Positions 22,530-32,845 of a stretch of 64,000 bases of DNA are shown here, in pieces (position 1 is the stretch's first letter; each line of letters begins with the position of its first letter). The stretch is from Histomonas meleagridis 2922-C6/04-290x (taxonomy: Eukaryota; Protista; Parabasalia), in the NCBI GenBank assembly GCA_020184695.1, contig JAANOX010000011.1, positions 124,001-188,000 on the forward strand, read 5' to 3'. Below the pieces are notes generated by a model. It worked only from the letters and a program-made list of their open reading frames with translations. It did not search any database and was not told the origin of the DNA. A program made the translations under genes and the position numbers.

Positions 22530-25500
22530 ATGTGGGTTTTCTTTTTCACCATTCTTTCATCCCAAGTATTTTTCGAAGAAAATAACACTCTTTTAGTAAG
22601 TCCTGCAGAGCTTTCCCAAGGAACGTATAAAGAATATGAAAATAAAACAGAAATACTTATGTTTATGAACGATGTTACATCAATAAGCAATGATTCATTT
22701 AGTCACTGGAAACTACTAAAATCAGTATTTATAAGCAATTCAGTTATTTCAATTGGAAAATCATCTTTTTGTTTTTGTACAAATTTGTCAAATATTAACA
22801 TTGGTAATAAAGTTGAAACGATTGAAGACAATGCCTTTACATCTTGTATTAGCCTAACAAAAATAACAATTCCTAACTCAGTTAGCACTCTTGGAAGTTC
22901 TGTTTTTTCAGGATGTGTTCAATTAGAATCTGTAACTCTTAGTGAAACCATAAACGAAATTAGTATTTCAGCCTTTTACAATTGTTCCAGCTTAACCAGT
23001 CTTATAATACCAAACTCTGTAACGACGATTCAGTTTTTTTCATTTTGGTATTGTTCAAATTTAGTTTCGGTTACAATTGGAGAAAATGTTAAAACAATTG
23101 GCAACTATGCATTTTCCGAATGTTATCGCCTTGTTCATATAAATTTACCTAATTCCGTTACCGCAATTGGAAATTTTGTCTTTCATTCATGTTCATCACT
23201 TGAATCAATTAATTTTAGCGAAAACTTAAACACATTTGGATATAATGTATTCCAATATTGTTATAAATTAACTGAAGTCAAACTTCCAAATTTGGTTGAG
23301 ACAATTACCGAATTTATGTTTTCTTCATGTGTTAATTTAGAAACAATAACTTTTGATGAGAGACTTATCACAATTGAACAAAACGCATTTTCTTTTTGTA
23401 CTAAATTAATAAACATTTCACTTCCCGATTCGATTGCTTCAATTGGAGCATATGCATTTCAAGAATGTACATCTTTAATTGAGATTCCAATTGGAAAAGG
23501 ATTATATATAATTGATACACATGCATTTGAGTCATGTTCCAACTTATTAAAGATCGAAATTACAAATATTTCTATCATTGAAAGTTATGCATTTGAATCT
23601 TGCTCGAAATTAGAAACAATAAATTTCGGAGAAAACATTGAAACAATTGGAAATAATGCGTTTTATGAATGTTTCATGTTAAAGAGTATTATAATTCCCA
23701 AACTAATTACAATAATTGATGATTATACTTTTTATAATTGTAAAAGTTTGGAAACTGTTAATATTATTGGAAACATTGAAACGATTGGCGAATATTCATT
23801 TTATGGATGTGTAAATTTAGTAAATATCGAAATACCTAATACAGTTACATCAATTCGAAGTTATTCATTTTATAGTTGTAGTAATATAACTTCATTTAAT
23901 ATTGGTGATTTAGTTAAAACAATTGGCGACTTTGCATTTTCTCATTGTACTAAAATCACAAATATTACAATTCCGAATTTAATAATTTATATACAAAACG
24001 GAGTATTTTCATATTGTTCTAATTTAGAAACAATTACTATTAACGGAAATATTAAAAATATTATAAAAAATGCATTTTATGAATGTGTTAAATTATCATC
24101 AATTAATATTCCTGATTCAATTACATATATTGGAGATTCAGCATTTTATCATTGTTGTAATTTAAACACAATTTCAATCGGAGATAATATCCAAACTATT
24201 GGAAAATCTGTTTTTCAACTTTGTATTAATTTGATTAGTATAACAATTAAAGGGAAAATTAATGTAATTGAGAATTCTTTATTTTATAAATGTTCGAAAT
24301 TAAAAAGTTTTATAGTACCAAATAATGTTGAAACAATTGGTATTCATTCATTTGCTGGTTGTTCATCATTAGAATTGATTACTTTAAATGATAAAATTAA
24401 AGTAATTAATGATTACGCATTTCAAGATTGTCTTAATATAAAAAACATAACAATTCCAAATACTATAAATATGATTGGAGTTTCAGCATTCTCTGGTTGT
24501 GTTAAATTGGAAATTATTAAAGTTGGCGAAAGTTTAACAAAAATTTGCGATTTCGCTTTTCAAGAATGTAATGAATTAAAAGAAATTACAATTCCAAATA
24601 ACGTATCTTCAATTGGAAGTTATATATTTTATAATTGTTATTCATTATCACATATTAATATACCGAAATTAATTTCGATAATTGATATTTATAGTTTTTA
24701 TAAATGTTCAAGTTTAGAAACAGTTGAAATTAATAGTGAACTTAAACTTATTGCAAAATATTCATTCTATGGATGTTATAACTTAAACAATATAAAAATT
24801 CCTAATTCAGTAACATCAATACGTGATTATTCATTTTATGAATGTAATAAATTAACAAATGTTAACTTTTATGATTCTCTTGTATCAATTGGTAATTTTG
24901 CATTTGCGTATTGTGGATTAATAAATGTTAATATACCAAAGTCTATAACATATATACATGAAGGATTATTTTCATTTTGTTATAATCTTCAAACAATTAA
25001 TTTCGTTGGTAATGTTGAAACAATTTCAGACTTCTCATTTTATGAATGTGTTAAATTAACAAATATTAATTTGCCGAAAACTATTAACTTTATTGGTAAT
25101 TCAGTGTTTTATCATTGCGCAAATTTGGAATCGATTTCGATTAATGAAAATATTTCTATAATTGCTAATTCAACATTTCAACAATGTTCTAATTTGGTAA
25201 ATGTTACAATTATGGAAGGAATTACAAAAATTGAAGATAATGCATTTAAAGAATGCACAAAATTAGTGAAAATTATAATTCCAAATTCAGTTTATTATAT
25301 TGGCGAATCGGTATTTCAATCATGCGCAAGCTTAATTTACATTGAAATAGGTAATGGAATTAGTAAATTAACAAATTATTTATTTTATGAGTGTTCTTCA
25401 TTATTAAATATTACAATTCCAAACACAATTACTATTATTATGAATTCGGTGTTTCAAAAATGTGTAAATTTAATCGAATTAAAATTAAGCGAAAACTTAA

Positions 25501-26024
25501 CAACAATTGGCGATAATGCATTTAATAATTGTATTAATTTATCATATGTCGAAATACCAAAATGTGTTGAAACAATTGGAAATTATTCATTTTGTTCATG
25601 TTCAAATTTGGAAACATTAAAAATTTGTTCGAACATTTCAATAATTGGAAATTTGGCATTTTCCGATTGTAATAACTTAAAATGTATTTATTATCATGGC
25701 GAAAAAGCGCCAATGGTATTAGAAAATGCATTTACGAATATCGGAACACATTTAATCATGACGACGAATAAATATATAAATGAAACGTTCGGCGATTTGA
25801 ACGTGACAAAAGGAAAAATTATCGACGGATGTCCCGAAGACGAAGAAATTGCGGAAATAAAATACGACAACACAAGTTTGATAGTCGGACTTGTGATAAG
25901 CGCAGTAATTGTCGCAGCGGCAATAGCTGTGTATGCGGTTGTGTTGATTAGAAGAAAGAGAATGAATAATATGGAGAAAATGATATCCGATCAACCACTG
26001 TTATCGGTGAATGAAAAACAGTAA
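22530..26024 (+). CDS. BspA-like (TpLRR/LRR_5) surface protein
   Basis: Signal peptide, >40 repeats of the type IPNSVTSIGxxAFxxCxxL, C-terminal TM, RRKR stop-transfer and DQPLL dileucine tail. Confidence 0.95.
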   Translation: MWVFFFTILSSQVFFEENNTLLVSPAELSQGTYKEYENKTEILMFMNDVTSISNDSFSHWKLLKSVFISNSVISIGKSSFCFCTNLSNINIGNKVETIEDNAFTSCISLTKITIPNSVSTLGSSVFSGCVQLESVTLSETINEISISAFYNCSSLTSLIIPNSVTTIQFFSFWYCSNLVSVTIGENVKTIGNYAFSECYRLVHINLPNSVTAIGNFVFHSCSSLESINFSENLNTFGYNVFQYCYKLTEVKLPNLVETITEFMFSSCVNLETITFDERLITIEQNAFSFCTKLINISLPDSIASIGAYAFQECTSLIEIPIGKGLYIIDTHAFESCSNLLKIEITNISIIESYAFESCSKLETINFGENIETIGNNAFYECFMLKSIIIPKLITIIDDYTFYNCKSLETVNIIGNIETIGEYSFYGCVNLVNIEIPNTVTSIRSYSFYSCSNITSFNIGDLVKTIGDFAFSHCTKITNITIPNLIIYIQNGVFSYCSNLETITINGNIKNIIKNAFYECVKLSSINIPDSITYIGDSAFYHCCNLNTISIGDNIQTIGKSVFQLCINLISITIKGKINVIENSLFYKCSKLKSFIVPNNVETIGIHSFAGCSSLELITLNDKIKVINDYAFQDCLNIKNITIPNTINMIGVSAFSGCVKLEIIKVGESLTKICDFAFQECNELKEITIPNNVSSIGSYIFYNCYSLSHINIPKLISIIDIYSFYKCSSLETVEINSELKLIAKYSFYGCYNLNNIKIPNSVTSIRDYSFYECNKLTNVNFYDSLVSIGNFAFAYCGLINVNIPKSITYIHEGLFSFCYNLQTINFVGNVETISDFSFYECVKLTNINLPKTINFIGNSVFYHCANLESISINENISIIANSTFQQCSNLVNVTIMEGITKIEDNAFKECTKLVKIIIPNSVYYIGESVFQSCASLIYIEIGNGISKLTNYLFYECSSLLNITIPNTITIIMNSVFQKCVNLIELKLSENLTTIGDNAFNNCINLSYVEIPKCVETIGNYSFCSCSNLETLKICSNISIIGNLAFSDCNNLKCIYYHGEKAPMVLENAFTNIGTHLIMTTNKYINETFGDLNVTKGKIIDGCPEDEEIAEIKYDNTSLIVGLVISAVIVAAAIAVYAVVLIRRKRMNNMEKMISDQPLLSVNEKQ

Positions 26025-26258
26025 TGAAACATTTCTATATGAATAAATGAACTCTTTCATAAAGTGATTGTTAATATTCAAAATTTTTTGTTTGACGATA
26101 TGGTTCGAAAAAATACCAAAAATTTGTATTTTTGGTTGAAATCGTGTATACAGTTGTGTATAAAAGGTGGTTAAGGTATAAAACGAATGAGTTATTTGGG
26201 ACCTCAAACAGATCAATCATGTTTATCATGTGTATTTTGCTTAGATAATCTTATATAA

Positions 26259-26549
26259 AGACACAGTGAAAAACTGTCTACTTTCATACAACTAAGAAGA
26301 ATTGCTAGGAAAAAAATATATAATGATGCACTAGAAGGTAAATGTTGCTTAAAATGCAGGCAATTTTAACTTTTACAATTGCATCAAATTGGAAGTTGTT
26401 AAAAACAATGACCTTTAAAAGACTTTGTGAAATACGATGATATTAGATCAATATTATTTATTAAGCTTGGCATATATATGTATACTTTTTTATAGGTTGA
26501 AAAAAGCTTTTATGAATGTCATCAAGAAAGACAGTTTTTCACTGCGTCT
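26259..26549. mobile_element. MITE-like element (~290 bp) with 21-bp terminal inverted repeats
   Basis: AGACACAGTGAAAAACTGTCT (26259-26279) and AGACAGTTTTTCACTGCGTCT (26529-26549) are 20/21 reverse-complement matches; TA-rich flanks; no coding capacity. Confidence 0.65.
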
Positions 26550-26672
26550 ATATGCATTTAAAGATATATTTTTCCGTAAGTAATAAAGTGTTGAAATTTT
26601 ATGAAGCTTTTAAAATCAATAAAAATATTTAATATGCTATTAATTCATTTGTAAGATCATTAAACAAAGTTG

Positions 26673-27293
26673 TTATTTAATTTGTTTAAGAATTTCGTTA
26701 ATAATTTGTTTGGTACCCTCGATTGGAAGCCCTTCTATCACCGACATCTCGCCACTAGAGATCACAGCTGAGTTCATATCGATTAAATCCTCAACAATTA
26801 CTGCTCCACTGGATGTGATGCACATAGAATTAGATTTTTGGATATACGTCTGGACGTCTTCATCTGTAAAATCTCGGGTCATCTTTATGTCTGCTCTTTG
26901 TACATCAAATTTCTCGATTCTTGGTTCTGTTAATCCAATTGCTATTGCAGTGTAGACTTCAATTATTTCATCTTTTTTGGCCCACATTTTAATCATTGAA
27001 ATACATTCTTCTTCGCTGTCTGGTTTTTCAAGAATTTTTCCATTACAAACGACAATTGTATCATAGCAAAGAATTAAAGTTTTTGGATCATTGACTTTTC
27101 CCAACAAATGTGAAAGTTTTGCCTTTGCTATTACAAGTGGATGATCTTGGATAGTTTTTGGTTTGGCTTCTCTTGCAATTTTTTTTTCATCGATATCTGC
27201 TGCCATTAAATCAGACTCACATCCAAGATATTTCTTAGCAAGTTCTCTTCTCCATTTTGATGAGGATCCAAGGATTACCCTTATTTTTTCCAT
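26673..27293 (-). CDS. maf: Maf-like nucleoside-triphosphate pyrophosphatase
   Basis: ILGSSSKWRREL, DIDEK, AKAKL, CYDTIVVCNGKILEKP, IEGLP. Confidence 0.9.
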   Translation of the reverse strand: MEKIRVILGSSSKWRRELAKKYLGCESDLMAADIDEKKIAREAKPKTIQDHPLVIAKAKLSHLLGKVNDPKTLILCYDTIVVCNGKILEKPDSEEECISMIKMWAKKDEIIEVYTAIAIGLTEPRIEKFDVQRADIKMTRDFTDEDVQTYIQKSNSMCITSSGAVIVEDLIDMNSAVISSGEMSVIEGLPIEGTKQIINEILKQIK

Positions 27294-27360
27294 TTTTTTT
27301 GTTCCAAAGTATTAAACATTTGAATAGTTTATGAAAAATTGAAGATCAGGCAAAAAAACA

Positions 27361-28575
27361 ATGAAAAATATTTCCATTATTTCTTTATTTTCTTCATTAA
27401 TTTCAGTATCACCATGCTTTATGAGTACAAAAATATCTACTAGTTATATTATTAGAAATTCTTATATTACAAGATCTTTCAACTCATTTTTTAGAACTCA
27501 AGGATTACAAAACATAGAAATATCTAACACTAATTTTAAACAATTTCTTTCATCTCCTATTTATACTAACGAAATTGAAAGTCAAATTATTCATGAAACA
27601 TTTTTTTCAACTGATCAAAATATTTCAATTATCAACTGTCAATTTATTGATTGTATAACCACAACTCCAGGCGCTGCTATTCACATTGATTCACCTTCAT
27701 CAGAGCTTTTAATCAAAGATTCTTTATTTAATAATTGTCGTTGTCAACGAGGAAAAGGAGGAGCCATATACGCCATTATGAATCATTTTACATGTACCAG
27801 TAATTGTTTCCACCTATGTAGATGTGGACAAGAGAATGGTAATGATGGCTCCACAATATATGCCAGTTCAAAAATTGGTATTGACACATCATATGTATCT
27901 GCCAATGAGTGTCCTAAGCATGGTGATGCATGTTGGTATGGAATGATTATTCTATGTTATGGTCGTCTTGTATCGACAAACATCAATGTATCGAATAGCG
28001 AAGTTGAGTTCATTTCAGGACTTGCACACTTTCGTCCAGCACAAGATCAAAGCTTTCTTCGGTATTATACAGCTGTTAATCAGCTTAGCGGGAATCCCCT
28101 CGCATTCATCGACTTCACATTCACCGGTGAACACATTTTTGGTTCACTAGTGAACAACACGTCAAAAACTGGAATTTTCTATGTGCAAAACACAACTACA
28201 ACGCTAAAGAACTTTTATTTTGCAAATAACATAGGGCCTCTTACATATATGTGTGTTGGGGATAGCAAAGCTAATTTTGAGAATTGTTTCTTTGATACTA
28301 AAGAAGGTGATAACTTAGGTATAGGATTTGGAAATGCATATAATTGTACGTGGGAAGTGAAAAATATGCAGACGCCAATATTTATACATTTAAACACTGC
28401 GTTTTGTGTGGGAAATAATTTATCATATCATAACATTGTGGTGAATGTAATGCAAAATAAAATGGCTGCAAAATCTATAAGTTATGTAATATTGGCTGTG
28501 ATTGTGCTGGCGTTGTACATGATTGTTAAAAAGTTCGTCCCAAACAGAAGAAATCGTTTCAAAAATAGAGAATAA
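27361..28575 (+). CDS. Pmp-like/right-handed beta-helix type I membrane protein
   Basis: Signal peptide, PGAAIHI/KGGAIYA/DGSTIYA repeats with FxNC motifs, C-terminal TM plus basic tail. Confidence 0.65.
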   Translation: MKNISIISLFSSLISVSPCFMSTKISTSYIIRNSYITRSFNSFFRTQGLQNIEISNTNFKQFLSSPIYTNEIESQIIHETFFSTDQNISIINCQFIDCITTTPGAAIHIDSPSSELLIKDSLFNNCRCQRGKGGAIYAIMNHFTCTSNCFHLCRCGQENGNDGSTIYASSKIGIDTSYVSANECPKHGDACWYGMIILCYGRLVSTNINVSNSEVEFISGLAHFRPAQDQSFLRYYTAVNQLSGNPLAFIDFTFTGEHIFGSLVNNTSKTGIFYVQNTTTTLKNFYFANNIGPLTYMCVGDSKANFENCFFDTKEGDNLGIGFGNAYNCTWEVKNMQTPIFIHLNTAFCVGNNLSYHNIVVNVMQNKMAAKSISYVILAVIVLALYMIVKKFVPNRRNRFKNRE

Positions 28576-28972
28576 AGGTGTTGTTGTAAATTTGTTATTT
28601 CTTTCACTACAAGTTAGACTGCAAAAGTTTTCTTGAATAAAGAGCGTTTTAACACGTTAAACAGAAAATGCAGAACCCATTTTACAATTTCATGAAGCTG
28701 GAATATATTTAAGAAGACAGTAATTTAAAGTAATTGTAATTTATTTTTGTTCAATATATCGAACAACATTTTTAGCCAAATTCAAAAGACAAAAAGTGTC
28801 AACATAATCTTCACAATAATAATAAATTTTTAAATTTAAAAAATAATAAATATATTGAATAATGTTAACTTAAGTTAATATATTTTATTAATTTTATGTT
28901 TTCTATTTCATTTTTTTCGAGGTGTTTACAGATTTTTCAGGAAAAAGGGGTTCCTTTCAACATCAGATTCGT

Positions 28973-30924
28973 TTATTTAAGAAGTAATTTAATCACTTCT
29001 ATATTGAAATAAGCTTTCATACATACTGCTTTAAATATTTTGAACAATTTACAAATATTACTTTAAAATATAAAATTATTAAAATTTTTTTTAAATAAGA
29101 TAAATAATCACCATTCGCATTAATATCAATTCCATTTTGAGTAAGAAGTAATTTAACAATTTCTATGCGTCCTCTTTCAGATGCTTTGCTGAGCGCTGTA
29201 TCAAATATTTTGAAGTATTTCCAAATATTATTTTGAAATTTCAATTCAATTAATTAAATGTTAAATAAAATAAATAAATATTTTTAGTGTTAATATCAAT
29301 TCCTTTCTTAAGAAGTAATTTAACAATTCCTATATGTCCATTTGAAGATTCTAAAATAAGTAATGTGTTAAATATTTAAAAGAATTTCCAAATATTATTT
29401 TGATATATCAAATTATTAAAAAATATTTTAAACAAAACAAATTAATATCTTTAACATTAATATCAATTCCTTCTTGTTCAAGAAGTATTTCAACAATTCC
29501 TATGTTTCCATTTGAAGATGCTTTAATAAGATTTTCATTAAATATTTTTCACAATTTACAAATATTAAATTGAAATATTAAACAAAATAAATAAATATCT
29601 ATATTATTAAGATCAATTCCTTCATATTCAAGAAATAGTGTTTTAATTTTTGCTTTATTTGCAAACATAATTGCTGTCCAAAATAATTTAAATAATTTCC
29701 AAATATTATTTTGAAACATAAAATTATTAAAATAAATATTAAATTTAATTAATAAATATTTTTAGCATTAACATCAATTCCTTCTTGTTCAAGAAGTAAT
29801 TTAACTTTTTTTGTTTCACTAGAATTAGATGCATACATAAGTGCTGTCATAAATAATCTAAATAATTTCCAAATATTATTTTGAAATATCAAATTATTAA
29901 AATAAATTTTAAATAAAACAAATTAATATCTTTGGCATTAATATCAATTCCTTCTTGTTCAAGAAGTAATTTAATGATCCTTGCATGTATTGCCTTTGTA
30001 AGTGCTGTTTCAAATGTTTTAAATAGTTTCCAAATATTATTTTGAAATATAAAATTATTAAAATAAATATTAAATAAAACAAATAAATATTTTTAGCATT
30101 AACATCAATTCCTTTTTGTTCAAGAAGTAATTGAACTATTTCTGTATGACCATAATAAGATGCTAATGCAAGTGCTGTTTTAAATATTTTAAATAATTTC
30201 CAAATAATATTTTGAAATATAAAATTATTAAAATAAATATTAAATAAAACAAATAAATATCTTTAGCATTGATATCAATTTTTTCTTGTTCAAGAAGTAA
30301 TTTGACTATTTCTGTATGACCATTTTCAGATGCTTCCATAAGTGCTGTATTAAATATTTAAAATAATTTCCAAATAATATTTTGAAATATAAAATTATTA
30401 AAATAAATATTAAATAAAACAAGAAAACATCCTTAGCATTGATATCAATTCCTTCTTGTTCGAGAAGTAATTTAATGATTTCTATATAACCTTTATAAGA
30501 TGCACTACTAAGTGCTGTTTTAAATAATTGAAATAATTTCCAAATATTATATTGAAAAATAAATATTAAATAAAACAAATAAATATTTTTAGCATTAACA
30601 TCAATTCCTTCTTGTTCAAGAAGTAATTTAGCTATTTCTGTATGACCATAATAAGATGCTAAATTAAGTGCTGTATTAAATATTTTCAATAATTTTCAAA
30701 TATTATTTTGAAATATGAAATTATTAAAATAAATTTCAAATAGAACAAATAAATATCTTTAGCATTAATATCAATATCTTTTTGATCTAGAAGCAATTTA
30801 ACGATTTCTATGTGACCATTTTTAGATGCTTTAATAAGTGCTGTTTGAAGTAACTAAAATAATTTTTAAATATTATTTCAAAATATAAAATAATTGAAAT
30901 AAATTTTAAATAAAATAATTAAAT
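28973..30924 (-). repeat. Locus B array: 12 ankyrin cassettes each preceded by an AT-rich spacer
   Basis: Cassettes of the type TAL..AS..GH.EIVKLLLEQEGIDINAKD; spacer lengths 80,80,66,80,80,80,80,80,60,80,80,80; last cassette ends KLLLK-TAA at 28973. Confidence 0.9.
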
Positions 30925-32148
30925 ATCTTTAACATTAAAACTATCATCCTTTAGCTTTAATAGATAATTTACAAGTTCAATATTACCCGATTTTGATGAA
31001 TATATTAATATATCTTTTGGAAGTTGATTTTCTTTACGAAAATACTTAACAAGATATAAGTTACCTATTTTTGCTGATACATTTATAATGTAATCATAAA
31101 TCTCCATTCCTTCTTTAAGTAAAAATGAAAATATTTCATAATTGTGGTATTGAATGCATTTTTCTCCTAATTTTTTTAATGTATCAATACCTGATTTTCT
31201 ATTCTCTTCTAATTCAATTGTATCAATTTTATTTTCAAAAATATATTTAAAGATATCATTTCGATGAAATTCAATTGCTGTTTCATAAGCATCTTTAAAT
31301 GTTGAATGATTTTGTTCACATAAATGAATGATTTCTTCATTTCCTCCTGCGATTGCAAATTCTCCTGTTTTTTCTACATTTGCCCCATTCATAAGTAAAT
31401 ATTTAAAACATTTTATTGAAGAAAAAAATGCTGCATAATCAATTAATGAAATGCCATAATAATTAATAAATGAACATCTTTCATAAAGTGATGGTTCGAT
31501 TGTTTGATTAATATCAAAATTTGTTTGTGATGATATTTCTTGAAGTTTTTCTATTTCATCATTTCGAATTATTTTTGATATTTCATCGGGATTAACTCCT
31601 TCTTTAATTAATTTCTTATGAAGCTCCCAATCATTCTCTGAAAGTTTTTTATATTTTCGTTTTATTTCACTCCAAAAAAAACTTAATCTTTTTTCATTAA
31701 ATTTTTTATTAATATTTTCATTTGACATATAATGTATAAAATAATAATTTTCCTCATTGTAAAAAATTTTTGGATCTATTAAATGTTGTTCAATCATTTT
31801 ATTTAGAATATAATTTGAGGCTTCATTTTTTTTATTAATAAAAAAATATGTTAATACATCAGAGATTTTTGTTTTACTTTTAAGATTTGTTTCAGTTGTT
31901 TCAATTTCTTCAATAAATTTAACATACACATCAAAATCATTTGTTCTTAATGAATATACTATATAAATCATTTGACTTACAATCATGTTAAAAGAAAATG
32001 AATATTTTTCTTTATATAAATTAAATAATGAATTGACTGTTTGTGTTATATTATCTTTTCTTAAGTTAAAAATCATATGCTCTAATGATGTGAGTAATTC
32101 CCAATAATTATGAACTGAATTTGTTTTTTTCTCCTTTTGTTTTTCCAT
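30925..32148 (-). CDS. DUF3447-ankyrin locus B: uninterrupted N-terminal part
   Basis: IDYAAFFSSIKCFKYLL...AIAGGNEEIIHLCEQ...AIEFHRNDIF (DUF3447-type); the frame ends NVKD-I-stop on entering the first spacer. Confidence 0.85.
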
Positions 32149-32290
32149 TTAATTTATTAATATATTTAACAAGAAGATAAATGTCTGTTTTTCGGTTATA
32201 GGTGCACCTCATAATTGAATAGTTTACAAAATTATGTGCAATCCAATTGGTCTTGGACTCATTGAGCTTGATTAAGCACTTTACTTAAAT

Positions 32291-32760
32291 ATGTTTTTAA
32301 GAATTGAATATGACAGAAATAACAAAATTTTATGTATTGAAATAGATTTATGTTATCAACATATTTTCAAATCATTACAAACCTTTTCACCTTCGAAATT
32401 AATATCTTATACATTGCTTCCATCAGCTACAACAATACAGTTACAAATTAACACAAACACAAATTCATTAATATATATATATATATATATATATATTTAC
32501 TTATATCAATTACAACTGAATCAATAACACAAACGTTAACGGAAACAAATTCAGAAACAATAACACAGAATCAAAGACACCTACATTAATTAAACAAATT
32601 CCATTTTTTCATCATTAAGCATTAATCACATCAGAAATGTTAACTAAACATCAAATACAATATCTGAAACATTTGTAATGACACAAACACTTTCATGTAT
32701 AGAAACGAAACACATTCAGAAATTGTATTTGAAACGAAATCATAACTTTAATTGGGTAAC
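32291..32760 (+). pseudogene. Possible relic of a Ser/Thr-rich surface-protein stalk (BspA-type C-terminal region)
   Basis: Fragments DLC...QTFSPSK...SATTI...TNTNS and QTLTETNSETI resemble the stalk of 62863-63999; interrupted by stops and the (AT)n. Confidence 0.25.
32471..32496. repeat. (AT)13 microsatellite
   Basis: Directly visible. Confidence 0.95.
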
Positions 32761-32845
32761 AGGTGGGAAAACATAAAATATTTTAAACTTAATTGTATTC
32801 ATCATCAAAAATTATCTAAATCCGAAACATTTATCACACAACAAT

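Noticed and set aside
29017-30689. ORFs 29017-29244 and 30306-30689 (likewise 56556-56828 and 56825-57055) as independent small genes
   Set aside because: They are chance read-throughs of cassette plus spacer units within the ankyrin arrays.
30845-30924. TA-bounded, ciliate IES-like excision leaving one TA
   Set aside because: Retaining one TA puts the next cassette out of frame, and the 5' TA is not conserved.
28973-30924. CRISPR-like repeat/spacer array
   Set aside because: Both alternating parts are homologous between units, one part encodes ankyrin repeats, the context is eukaryotic and there are no cas genes.
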